Positions 7,132 to 14,789 of a DNA stretch of 42,453 nt are shown piece by piece; position 1 is the stretch's first letter, and each line of letters opens with the position of its first letter. Position numbers and translations under genes: made by a program. Source of the stretch: a virus; IMG/VR virus record IMGVR_UViG_3300028581_000086, one strand, 5' to 3'. Under the pieces are notes generated by a model. It searched no databases. It was not told where the DNA came from and saw nothing but the letters and a program-made list of their open reading frames with translations.

Positions 7132-7429
7132 CTTCTACAGTATTGAGTTCAAAGTTACTAAATTTTAGTCCCCACATCAAAGAAATCATGGACATTTCTT
7201 TTTCAGCCATTTTAGCATACATACGAAGTTCTTTCATAAGGTATTTTTTACCCCATTTTACCCATTCTTCGTTTTGTTCCATGGTCATAGTCCAATCAGT
7301 ATACCAATCATCCTTACGGTCCTTGATATCGTCATAGGTCACAGGATGACCTGCAATTTCGAACATCTTGTTTATCATATCGATAACCATTTTTTGTCTT
7401 TTTTGATCTTTAGATAATCTCTGTTTCAT
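7121..7429 (-). CDS. hypothetical protein; start probably at MKQRLSKDQ rather than the longer track ORF
   Basis: Upstream extension to 7621 runs through tRNA-Cys and tRNA-His genes, so the internal ATG at 7429 is more plausible. Confidence 0.6.
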   Translation of the reverse strand: MKQRLSKDQKRQKMVIDMINKMFEIAGHPVTYDDIKDRKDDWYTDWTMTMEQNEEWVKWGKKYLMKELRMYAKMAEKEMSMISLMWGLKFSNFELNTVEDDI

Positions 7430-7456
7430 AACTTTATTTTCTTTATTTATTAATGA

Positions 7457-7531
7457 GGTCAGAATCGGATTCGAACCGATGATAATACTTGATTTGCAGG
7501 CAAGCCCCTTAAGCCACTTGGGTATCTGACC
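7457..7531 (-). tRNA. tRNA-Cys(GCA)
   Basis: Acceptor GGTCAGA/TCTGACC, loop CTGCAAA, T-arm ATCGG/CCGAT. Confidence 0.85.
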
Positions 7532-7538
7532 ATTTTGT

Positions 7539-7609
7539 GTGACCGAAGAGAATCGAACTCTTACATGAAGTGCCACAAACTTCCGCCCTACCATTAGGCC
7601 ACAGCCACC
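7539..7609 (-). tRNA. tRNA-His(GUG)
   Basis: Acceptor GTGGCTG/CGGTCAC with G at -1 and C73, anticodon arm GAAGT TTGTGGC ACTTC. Confidence 0.87.
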
Positions 7610-7624
7610 ATATAATTTCAATCG

Positions 7625-7697
7625 AGGGGAGGGAGAATTACGATATCTCGACCTATTGATTAACAGTCAATTGCTCTGCCTCTGAGCTACCACCCCT
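7625..7697 (-). tRNA. tRNA-Asn(GUU) with non-canonical T-loop
   Basis: Acceptor AGGGGTG/CTCCCCT, D-arm GTAGCTCAGAGGCAGAGC, anticodon arm ATTGA CTGTTAA TCAAT, but T-loop region GAGA-TATCGTAAT-TCTC. Confidence 0.75.
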
Positions 7698-7703
7698 AAT
7701 GTG

Positions 7704-7770
7704 AGTCAGGACGGGTTTCTAACCCGCTCTTCAGTTAATCACCGCGTGCTGCCATTTACACCACCTGACT
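7704..7770 (-). tRNA. tRNA-like element A, abnormal 67-nt form
   Basis: Acceptor AGTCAGG/CCTGACT perfect; T-arm GCGGG TTAGAAA CCCGT; anticodon-arm region only fits a small stem CGGT-GATTA-ACTG. Confidence 0.55.
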
Positions 7771-7837
7771 AATTTTTAGATTTCTAAAACTCATCCCTGA
7801 CGGGGTAAAGAAACTCCATCTTATTTGTTTTTTGCGT

Positions 7838-7975
7838 GGTCAGGACAGGATTCGAACCTGTATAGGTGTTACTGTCCTTCGCACCTCCGTTTGGTTATTA
7901 TCAGGCTTTTATGAGGTCGCTTCTCGTGTTGAACTGTTTTATCCAAATAGCGTCTACCAATTCCGCCACCTGACT
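7838..7975 (-). tRNA. tRNA-like element B, 138 nt, expanded anticodon-loop region
   Basis: Acceptor AGTCAGG/CCTGACC, Leu-type D-arm TGGCGGAATTGGTAGACGC, stem TTTGG/CCAAA enclosing 48 nt, variable arm AGGTG/CACCT, canonical T-arm ACAGG TTCGAAT CCTGT. Confidence 0.6.
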
Positions 7976-7982
7976 ATATATG

Positions 7983-8015
7983 TGGGCTACCCTCCTTTCG
8001 TCGCAACCGCCCACG
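7983..8015. other. Stable inverted repeat between tRNA-like elements
   Basis: gtgggc...gcccac 6-bp stem around a 21-nt loop. Confidence 0.4.
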
Positions 8016-8034
8016 CGTTGTGATTTCAGATTGT

Positions 8035-8124
8035 AGTCAGGACAGGATTCGAACCTGTAACTTTTGTCTTTTGGTTCCGAAAATCGGATTACTCACCAAC
8101 ACGCTACCCTTGCGCCACCTGACT
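8035..8124 (-). tRNA. tRNA-like element C, 90 nt, abnormal anticodon arm
   Basis: Acceptor AGTCAGG/CCTGACT, D-arm GCGC/GCGT, stem TTGGT/ACCAA enclosing 19 nt with internal hairpin TCCGA-ttt-TCGGA, canonical T-arm ACAGG TTCGAAT CCTGT. Confidence 0.6.
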
Positions 8125-8246
8125 AAATGTTTTTAGTTACTTTATCAACACTTCTCCAAGAACCACCTCGGCCAGTTTATATCAATTTCACTTAGGTTAC
8201 GTCATGATTCAGCTGGTTAGGCGTCCTCAATCTAAACCTGTTTGTA

Positions 8247-8315
8247 CTCCCACCCGGATTTGAACCGAGGACTACACATAGAAAGTGTGTCGTGATAACC
8301 CCTTCACTATGGGAG
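8247..8315 (-). tRNA. tRNA-Glu(UUC)
   Basis: Acceptor CTCCCAT/GTGGGAG, anticodon arm ACACA CTTTCTA TGTGT, T-arm CTCGG/CCGGG. Confidence 0.83.
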
Positions 8316-8369
8316 CTTGTTTGTCTTACAAATATACTACAATATTTCAAAGAACAAAAGAAGTCATAA

Positions 8370-8403
8370 AAAAACCCCAAACTTTTTTTTAAGTTCGGGG
8401 TTT
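8370..8403. terminator. Bidirectional terminator-like hairpin
   Basis: AACCCCAAACTT...AAGTTcGGGGTT flanked by A- and T-runs. Confidence 0.65.
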
Positions 8404-8612
8404 GAAAAATTAGTTTTTACTTGTAAAAAAAATTTTCTTATATGACTTCCGAACTACATGGGCAAATACTTTCATACCAACAATTCTCTTGTTGAATATT
8501 ACTTTTAATATGTTGACCTGTAGTTCTCATTATTCTATAATTACTTCAAATGTATGAAATGTTTTTATTTTGTCAAATGTTTTTTTTTATTTTTCCTATC
8601 AATCTTTTTATC

Positions 8613-9050
8613 TTAATCTATTTTAGTTAGTATTACTCCGTATAATTTAGTAGGTCTCGCATCTGGATTTATTAACACATCTATTTTATTTTTAAATCTT
8701 TTATTCATCAAATCTCTAACGTGCCAAACTCCATTAAATCTACCTGCATTTTCTAATTTAACTTTATCACCAAACTTTAGTTTTCTTTTCAAATCCCTAC
8801 TTACTGCAATAACTCTATGTTTACTAGGATTAATACTATCCAATTTAAATCCACTTGCGGTAATCAATGGGGTATCATCAGTTTGCAATGGGTCAATTGT
8901 ATATGTTGTTAGTATTACAATCGTTTTAAACTCTTTTGTTATTTCTGCCTCAATTTCCTTAATCTGTACATTAACATCTATAGATGTGTTGGGTATTAAT
9001 CCAATTACAATCACAAATGAGATTGATATAATTATTTTTTTTATACTCAT
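8613..9050 (-). CDS. 3D-domain / RlpA-like secreted protein
   Basis: TASGFKLDSINPSKHRVIAVSRDLKRKLKFGDKVKLENAGRFNGVWHVRDLMNKRFKNKIDVLI resembles 3D-domain proteins; N-terminal hydrophobic segment. Confidence 0.75.
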   Translation of the reverse strand: MSIKKIIISISFVIVIGLIPNTSIDVNVQIKEIEAEITKEFKTIVILTTYTIDPLQTDDTPLITASGFKLDSINPSKHRVIAVSRDLKRKLKFGDKVKLENAGRFNGVWHVRDLMNKRFKNKIDVLINPDARPTKLYGVILTKID

Positions 9051-9093
9051 ACGCTTTCATTTAGTTAAACATTTACCCCAAATATTTTTTTGT

Positions 9094-9167
9094 ATCCCCG
9101 ACACGATTCGAACGTGTGACCTATTGCTTAGAAGGCAATCGCTACTATCCAGCTGAGCTACGGAGAC
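9094..9167 (-). tRNA. tRNA-Arg(UCU)
   Basis: Acceptor GTCTCCG/CGGGGAT, anticodon arm ATTGC CTTCTAA GCAAT, T-arm ACACG/CGTGT. Confidence 0.88.
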
Positions 9168-9175
9168 ATATTGAA

Positions 9176-9340
9176 TTACTTCAATAAGTAGATTTTTTTT
9201 GCAACTTCTTCAGCTTCCGCAATAATCTTGTCAGCATCTGTTCTACTGAAATGAGAAACTTTATATGCCCTTTCCATCAACTCCTTATAAGTTTCCTGTA
9301 GTTTTTCTTTTTCTGTTTTTTTCTTGAATATTCCAAACAT
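9176..9340 (-). CDS. 54-aa Lacal_2735-like small protein
   Basis: Translated by eye: MFGIFKKKTEKEKLQETYKELMEKAYKVSHFSRTDADKIIAEAEEVAKKIYLLK, resembling a small protein type common in Flavobacteriia. Confidence 0.7.
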   Translation of the reverse strand: MFGIFKKKTEKEKLQETYKELMERAYKVSHFSRTDADKIIAEAEEVAKKIYLLK

Positions 9341-9357
9341 AATTTTTTAATAAAAGT

Positions 9358-9671
9358 ATCCGGGGCGGGACTTGAACCCGCACAGCCTAAGCCACAAGAT
9401 TTTCTTACCACTATAGTTTTCACTACCCTCACGGTTTGTGGTCTGGACTATACCTTCACCATATCTATCGATTTAGGTGTTCCCCGTCTAGTCTCTACAC
9501 GTTCCCTTTCGGGCTTCGCTCGGTATTACCATTTCAGACTTCACCGAATTTGAGGAATTCTACTCCAAAGGTTTCCCTATGGGCACTCAACTTTGTAAAC
9601 TTTAATACTTTAATAAAGTATTTGTGTCTACCTCTGAAGTCTTGCATGTCTACCGATTTCATCACCCGGAC
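9358..9671 (-). tRNA. tRNA-Leu(UAA) interrupted by an intron
   Basis: Acceptor GTCCGGG/CCCGGAT, Leu-type D-arm, 5' exon ...CAAGACTT, 3' exon AAAATCTTG..., T-arm GCGGG TTCAAGT CCCGC; joined loop CTTAAAA. Confidence 0.88.
9404..9636 (-). ncRNA. group I intron, 233 nt, no ORF
   Basis: Core motifs GTAGAGACTAGACGGGG and GAAGGTATAGTCC (P7 GACTA/TAGTC), intron ends in G; inserted between U34 and A35. Confidence 0.85.
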
Positions 9672-9697
9672 ATTGTTTTACAAATATAGTGAAAGTT

Positions 9698-10348
9698 TTA
9701 GATACTTTCAACTCTGTGTTTCATTATTTCACAGTATTTCCCATCAACCTCATAACTGATAGAATCAAATCCCAACTCTTTGGCAACTTTACTGGTGGTG
9801 CCACTACCACCAAAAACGTCAATGATTGTTTGATTTGGTTCCGCAGTTGTTAAGATAATTCTTCTGATGACTTCCTCAGGGATCTGACAAGGGTGTTCGG
9901 TCTTTTCCTTACTCACATTCTTCACCTGATTGATTTCCCACCAATCATAAAGTTTTGCTCCCGTCTTTCCTTCAGCGATTCGTTGCTGAATCCTTTTATC
10001 TTTCAAGTTCTTATAAGGTTGTCTAACCTTTCTGAAATCAGGCTTGCATCCCCACCATGAAATTAAACGACTTTGTTTACCTGTGTTTGAATTATACACC
10101 CAACAAACAACCTGTTCACACTTGGCATTTATTGCCTTTGGTAACAAGTTGATTGTTTCTTCAGGGTAATGAATGATTACACAAGGTGTTGGGATTTTGG
10201 ATAATAGTTCAATATAATCCTCTTCACTTAACTTGTCTTTGTATTCGTTGTACGAATATTCTTGATTATAAGGTGGGTCTGTAATTGTTAATCCTTTTGG
10301 TATGACGCAGTTTCTGAAGTCGTCATTGATAATTGTTGTTTCCACCAT
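9698..10348 (-). CDS. DNA N6/N4 methyltransferase
   Basis: TDPPYNQEYSYNEYKD catalytic motif and later IIDVFGGSGTTSKVAKELGFDSISYEVD SAM-binding motif. Confidence 0.88.
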   Translation of the reverse strand: MVETTIINDDFRNCVIPKGLTITDPPYNQEYSYNEYKDKLSEEDYIELLSKIPTPCVIIHYPEETINLLPKAINAKCEQVVCWVYNSNTGKQSRLISWWGCKPDFRKVRQPYKNLKDKRIQQRIAEGKTGAKLYDWWEINQVKNVSKEKTEHPCQIPEEVIRRIILTTAEPNQTIIDVFGGSGTTSKVAKELGFDSISYEVDGKYCEIMKHRVESI

Positions 10349-10364
10349 AAATTAGTTAATCACC

Positions 10365-11063
10365 TTAAAATTCTTCTTCCCATATTGTATTGGATTCATC
10401 CACAATGGTATTGTATGTGTGTGATAATATAACTGTTTTTTCATTAAAATCAAACCGAAATTCTCCTTGAGATCCTTCATTAATTTCCCAACCTCCGAAG
10501 TTATCTTGTAATTGTTGATAACACCATTCTTCTACTGCTCCTGGTGATGGATTTCCATTATCAAAATCCGATTCGATGTATCCACTATCACCATATCCAT
10601 TATACTTCAAGGTCAAATAACCATATTCAGGAATTGAGACATCATCGAAAACACCTTTTTCTTCCCACTCTTCAATCATATCATCGTATTCGATCCCCGT
10701 TGAATCTCCCTCACTGTAATAACTATAGATGTGTGTTAACGATATTTCTCTTTTAACTCCGTCGATTGTAATCTCGAATCTTTGATAATCGATGTCACTA
10801 CCATCAGGTAATTTACTGAATAAATCAGCATCATCAAAATAATCGATAATTTTTTTCAATATTGGGACAAGTCCGTCTGGAATTTCTGCAATATAATTAT
10901 TCTCAAAATGGGTTGGAAAATAATTTTCACTGTATGAAATTTCTTCGTCGTCCGATGCCATTTCAAAAATAATGTCTCCATATTTCATCCCCAATGAACT
11001 GAGATATCTTGAAACTTTCCCTAAATATTTTTTTTCTTCTGGTGTTAAAATTTTTTCTGCCAT
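10365..11063 (-). CDS. hypothetical protein
   Basis: Long acidic ORF. Confidence 0.65.
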   Translation of the reverse strand: MAEKILTPEEKKYLGKVSRYLSSLGMKYGDIIFEMASDDEEISYSENYFPTHFENNYIAEIPDGLVPILKKIIDYFDDADLFSKLPDGSDIDYQRFEITIDGVKREISLTHIYSYYSEGDSTGIEYDDMIEEWEEKGVFDDVSIPEYGYLTLKYNGYGDSGYIESDFDNGNPSPGAVEEWCYQQLQDNFGGWEINEGSQGEFRFDFNEKTVILSHTYNTIVDESNTIWEEEF

Positions 11064-11074
11064 ACAAATAAATA

Positions 11075-11428
11075 TCAGTCTTCGAATTCTAATTTAATTG
11101 TCTTCAACATCCATTGAGGTCTTTGATTGGACATCATGTTGTTAACCCATTCTTTTGCCGATGGAATATAGTTATTACAATCTTCTTTTACGTGTTGTTC
11201 TCCAACATAACGGGTGTATACCGTTTTACCATCCGAGTTTTTAAATTCGGATCCAAACCTTTTTTCCATTTCAAATATTCCTTCACTATGATGTCTCCAC
11301 ATTCTATGTAAAGAATCACCAAACCAAGATTTGGTCTCATCCAACCATTCGTGTAAGTGGATATAATCTTCAGGTTTTCCACCAAATTTTTTGGCAGATG
11401 ATTTCGCATGTAAGTTTGGATGTGCCAT
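11075..11428 (-). CDS. DUF6915-like conserved protein
   Basis: MAHPNLHAKSSAKKFGGKPEDYIHLHEWLDETKSWFGDSLHRMWRHHSEGIF...RYVGEQHVKED. Confidence 0.75.
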   Translation of the reverse strand: MAHPNLHAKSSAKKFGGKPEDYIHLHEWLDETKSWFGDSLHRMWRHHSEGIFEMEKRFGSEFKNSDGKTVYTRYVGEQHVKEDCNNYIPSAKEWVNNMMSNQRPQWMLKTIKLEFED

Positions 11429-11562
11429 TAGATTTTATTTGTGAAAAAAAATTGTAACGTCTGTACGGTTTGTTTCCCATCCACACTTTTATTGTGTTTC
11501 GAAAGTTCCCATTTCATACTTAGCGTCCGTTCCGTCATTCTTACGAATCGTTACAATTATGC

Positions 11563-11643
11563 AGAGGAGACAGGATTCGAACCTGCAAAGCCGTTAAGCC
11601 CGACGGTTTTCAAGACCGCTCGACAACCGTTGTCCACTCCTCT
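11563..11643 (-). tRNA. tRNA-Ser(UGA)
   Basis: Acceptor AGAGGAG/CTCCTCT, loop CTTGAAA, class II variable arm, T-loop TTCGAAT. Confidence 0.88.
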
Positions 11644-11735
11644 AAATAGGAATGGGTATTTGCAACTACCCATCCCCTTCAAATGACTTACCCTGGGACG
11701 CTGTTCTTATGGGTAGCGTGGTAAGTACTGTTGGA

Positions 11736-11806
11736 GCTCCCACTCGGAATCGAACCAAGTTTTCATGATTACAAGTCATGCGCATCGCCAGCAATGCTTT
11801 AGGAGC
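11736..11806 (-). tRNA. tRNA-Thr(UGU)
   Basis: Acceptor GCTCCTA/TGGGAGC, anticodon arm CATGA CTTGTAA TCATG, T-arm CTTGG/CCGAG. Confidence 0.87.
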
Positions 11807-11822
11807 TTTTTATTAAATATCC

Positions 11823-11862
11823 GTGGGTATGTTAGGAATCGAACCTACTACCTTCACATCAT
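11823..11862 (-). repeat. 3'-half tRNA-Met remnant, imperfect 40-bp direct repeat of 12668..12707
   Basis: gtgggtatgttaggaatcgaacctactaccttcacatcat versus gtgggcctggtaggaatcgaacctactaccttcacattat, 4 mismatches. Confidence 0.8.
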
Positions 11863-11893
11863 ACTTAAAGTAAATTAGTTTAATACACCTATT

Positions 11894-12640
11894 TTATTTC
11901 TTTGTGGGTAAGTTCGCACCTTTTAGGTAAAAATCCCCCACAACTTTTGGTCTTAATTCTATACCTGAATACGTACTATAGACTCTATATTGTCCAGCAG
12001 GGATACGATTTCCCGTGTAATTTAAAATGTAGCTAGATAATGTAGAATTCGTATTAAAAGGAGTTCTATATACCGCATCGCGGTGAGCACTAGCCATTCT
12101 TGATTGTCTCCAAGTCGACAATGGTGTTGCGTCGACAGGAATTAATACCATTATCCACACATATTGATTATTAACTAAAGGTCCACTAATTTTAACAGTT
12201 CCCATATTATACTCTCCCGATGATGTTTGAGTAATATCAGATTGAATTACCGACGGTAATCTCCCATCATACCAATGTGGCATATCCACATAATTTCTTA
12301 AATCTGAAAAATTTGTAGGTTTAATAGGTGAACCTGTGAAAAATCCGTAAAACGGAGTACTTGTTGGAGTCCTAACACTATGTGGGACTGATTTTAAGTG
12401 ATTCACAATCATTAAAAGTTTTGACTGAGGCTCAACAAAAACATAAGCTTTGGAATTACTTTGATTACTAGTTCTAGCATTTTGAGTTGTCTCAATAGTT
12501 GACTCAGTAATTGAATGTACTATTGGTTGTTCAATCGACTCTTTTGGTTGGATATTAACGCCATTAATTTCTTCTTTAGAACAAGAAACTAAAAATACCG
12601 ATAGAGTTACTAATGATACGAATAATTGTTTAATTTTCAT
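11894..12640 (-). CDS. secreted lipoprotein, hypothetical
   Basis: MKIKQLFVSLVTLSVFLVSCSKEE signal peptide plus lipobox. Confidence 0.75.
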   Translation of the reverse strand: MKIKQLFVSLVTLSVFLVSCSKEEINGVNIQPKESIEQPIVHSITESTIETTQNARTSNQSNSKAYVFVEPQSKLLMIVNHLKSVPHSVRTPTSTPFYGFFTGSPIKPTNFSDLRNYVDMPHWYDGRLPSVIQSDITQTSSGEYNMGTVKISGPLVNNQYVWIMVLIPVDATPLSTWRQSRMASAHRDAVYRTPFNTNSTLSSYILNYTGNRIPAGQYRVYSTYSGIELRPKVVGDFYLKGANLPTKK

Positions 12641-12669
12641 GATTGTTTTGTTTAATTATGTTTTTAAGT

Positions 12670-12742
12670 GGGCCTGGTAGGAATCGAACCTACTACCTTC
12701 ACATTATGAGTGTGCCGCTCTAACCTAGTGAGCTACAGGCCC
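12670..12742 (-). tRNA. tRNA-Met(CAU) (initiator/elongator/Ile2 not resolved)
   Basis: Acceptor GGGCCTG/CAGGCCC, loop CTCATAA, T-arm GTAGG TTCGATT CCTAC. Confidence 0.87.
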
Positions 12743-12867
12743 GAAGTATTGTAAATATTAACTATGTTCTTCCTCCAAATCAACATGACAAAGGTAAAAA
12801 AATCTTTCATTCACAACAACTTTCGTTTCTAAAAAAAATAAATTACTTTTGTTGAAATATTTGATAA

Positions 12868-13353
12868 ATGAGTACAGTATTGGTTTTGAATTCTGACTAC
12901 ACTCCCCTGAACGTAACAAGTGTTCAGAGAGGTTTCGTGTTGGTCACCAAAGGAAAGGCGGAAGTGTTAAGGTCGGATGAGAATCCGATTGTAACTGGTT
13001 ACAAGACGTTTATACGACCCGTTATCATACGCCTATTAAAATACATCAGACACAGAACAAGATTGAACAAACCCAACCGTAGTCGCATTTATAAGAGGGA
13101 CGGATATGAGTGTGTTTATTGTGGGTCGAAAAAGAATCTAACCTTAGACCACGTAATACCCAAATCAAGAGGTGGATCGAATGAATGGACAAACTTGGTT
13201 ACTTGTTGTTCAAAGTGTAATCGAGATAAGGACAACAAAACTCCTGAGGAGGCTAAAATGTCAATGAGTAGGTTAGCATATGAACCACCAATAATGTACG
13301 ATGACGTGGTCTTATTGAATGTTTGGATAGAATTTCAAAAATCTTTTGGATAA
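12868..13353 (+). CDS. HNH endonuclease
   Basis: YECVYCGSKKNLTLDHVIPKSRGGSNEWTNLVTCCSKCNRDKDNKTPEEA. Confidence 0.88.
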   Translation: MSTVLVLNSDYTPLNVTSVQRGFVLVTKGKAEVLRSDENPIVTGYKTFIRPVIIRLLKYIRHRTRLNKPNRSRIYKRDGYECVYCGSKKNLTLDHVIPKSRGGSNEWTNLVTCCSKCNRDKDNKTPEEAKMSMSRLAYEPPIMYDDVVLLNVWIEFQKSFG

Positions 13354-13382
13354 AAAATAAAACAGATATCCTTCTACTTCTT

Positions 13383-13988
13383 CTAAATTAACTTATTTGG
13401 AGTAGGTTCATAACCTATACTATTACCATCATCGTCTTTAAGGTGTCTTTCATAAATGGGAAATTCAAAACTATCATTTAAATTAAAAATTTCTTTTACT
13501 TCGGATACACCATTTTGGTAGTAAAGTTTTTCATAAGATATTGAAGGTAAGTTCATACGCTTTATAAAATTTTGAAAATCTTTTTTTTCCGATTTAAAAC
13601 TTCCATGGTATTTTTTATAAATTTCTTCATCACTTATCATAATATCTACCTCCGTTTTTTTATACTGCCATTGCCATTCGTCAAAGGTACTTTGATATAG
13701 AATTGATCTTATTTGAGAATGCCAATTCTCTCTGTATATACATAGAACCTTGTCACTTCTATTAATCAAAGGTAAAAAATCCATATTAGGTTTATAAATT
13801 TCCTTTATAATGATATTTTCATATTTATTAATCCAATCAATATCAGTAACATCTTTACTGTCAGTAAAATTATTAGGTGCCATATTCCACGGTTCTGCCG
13901 CTAATTCGAAATACGGCAGTTCTTTATTTAGGGCCTCAACTAAATGTGACCCACCTGTTCTGGCTTCCGCAATTATTGTATATACCAT
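13383..13988 (-). CDS. sulfotransferase-like P-loop protein
   Basis: MVYTIIAEARTGGSHLVEAL resembles the 5'-PSB loop of sulfotransferases; weak similarity only. Confidence 0.5.
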   Translation of the reverse strand: MVYTIIAEARTGGSHLVEALNKELPYFELAAEPWNMAPNNFTDSKDVTDIDWINKYENIIIKEIYKPNMDFLPLINRSDKVLCIYRENWHSQIRSILYQSTFDEWQWQYKKTEVDIMISDEEIYKKYHGSFKSEKKDFQNFIKRMNLPSISYEKLYYQNGVSEVKEIFNLNDSFEFPIYERHLKDDDGNSIGYEPTPNKLI

Positions 13989-14028
13989 ATTTTATAATAT
14001 ATTAAATTTTTATAATTTGTAAAATTTT

Positions 14029-14748
14029 TTGGATAAACTAAAAAATTTCATTACCTTTGAAAAAAATAAACCATATATGAACATCGGACAAGAATTTCAA
14101 AACTATTACGTAAATCACTTGGGTAAAGGGTCATTGGACCTTCACAATTTCTCAAATCAAATTCAGTCATCTATGACTCCTTACATTCTCGAAGAAAGAG
14201 AAATGAGAGTAACTCAAATGGATATTTTCTCAAGATTACTTCGTGACCGTATATTATGGGCAGCAGGTCCCGTAGACGATAGAATGTCCACAGTTGTTCA
14301 AGCACAACTCATGTTTCTTGATAATACTGATAAATCAGATATCACAATTCATTTGGATAGTGGTGGTGGAAGTATAAAATCGGGATTAAGTATGATTGAT
14401 GTTATGAATTATATCAAATGTGATGTTAGAACAATTAATGTTGGTATGTGTGCATCTATGGGAGCAGTATTACTAGCAGCAGGAACAAAGGGGAAGAGAA
14501 GTTCTCTCAAATTTTCGAGAACTATGATACATCAGTCATCATCAGGGTTTCAAGGAACTTACGCAGACGCAAAGGTAAATTTCGAAGAATGGACTAAAAT
14601 TAACGATACAATCTTCAATTTGCTTGGAGAATATTGTGGAAAGTCGTCAGACCAAATAAAAATCGATGCCGACAGAGATTTATGGTTCTCATCACAGGAA
14701 ACTCTAGATTACGGATTAATTGATGAAATTGTGACAAAAAGAAAATAA
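14029..14748 (+). CDS. clpP: ClpP-like serine protease (true start probably 14077)
   Basis: HLDSGGGSIKSGLSMIDVM, GMCASMGAVLLAAG nucleophile motif, TMIHQSSSGFQG histidine motif. Confidence 0.88.
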   Translation: MDKLKNFITFEKNKPYMNIGQEFQNYYVNHLGKGSLDLHNFSNQIQSSMTPYILEEREMRVTQMDIFSRLLRDRILWAAGPVDDRMSTVVQAQLMFLDNTDKSDITIHLDSGGGSIKSGLSMIDVMNYIKCDVRTINVGMCASMGAVLLAAGTKGKRSSLKFSRTMIHQSSSGFQGTYADAKVNFEEWTKINDTIFNLLGEYCGKSSDQIKIDADRDLWFSSQETLDYGLIDEIVTKRK

Positions 14749-14789
14749 TTTTTTTTTTACTAAACTAATGTTGGATATATTTATAGTAT

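Noticed and set aside
7430-7621. N-terminal extension of the 166-aa minus-strand ORF
   Set aside because: Runs through tRNA-Cys and tRNA-His; internal ATG at 7429 preferred.
7832-8023. 63-aa plus-strand ORF
   Set aside because: Overlaps tRNA-like element B on the other strand.
8150-8246. Possible additional tRNA (GGTTTAG...CTAACC and a CAT triplet)
   Set aside because: No T-arm or acceptor pairing could be found by eye.
8192-8380. 62-aa minus-strand ORF
   Set aside because: Overlaps tRNA-Glu and terminator.
9436-9759. 107-aa plus-strand ORF
   Set aside because: Antisense to the group I intron and tRNA-Leu exons.
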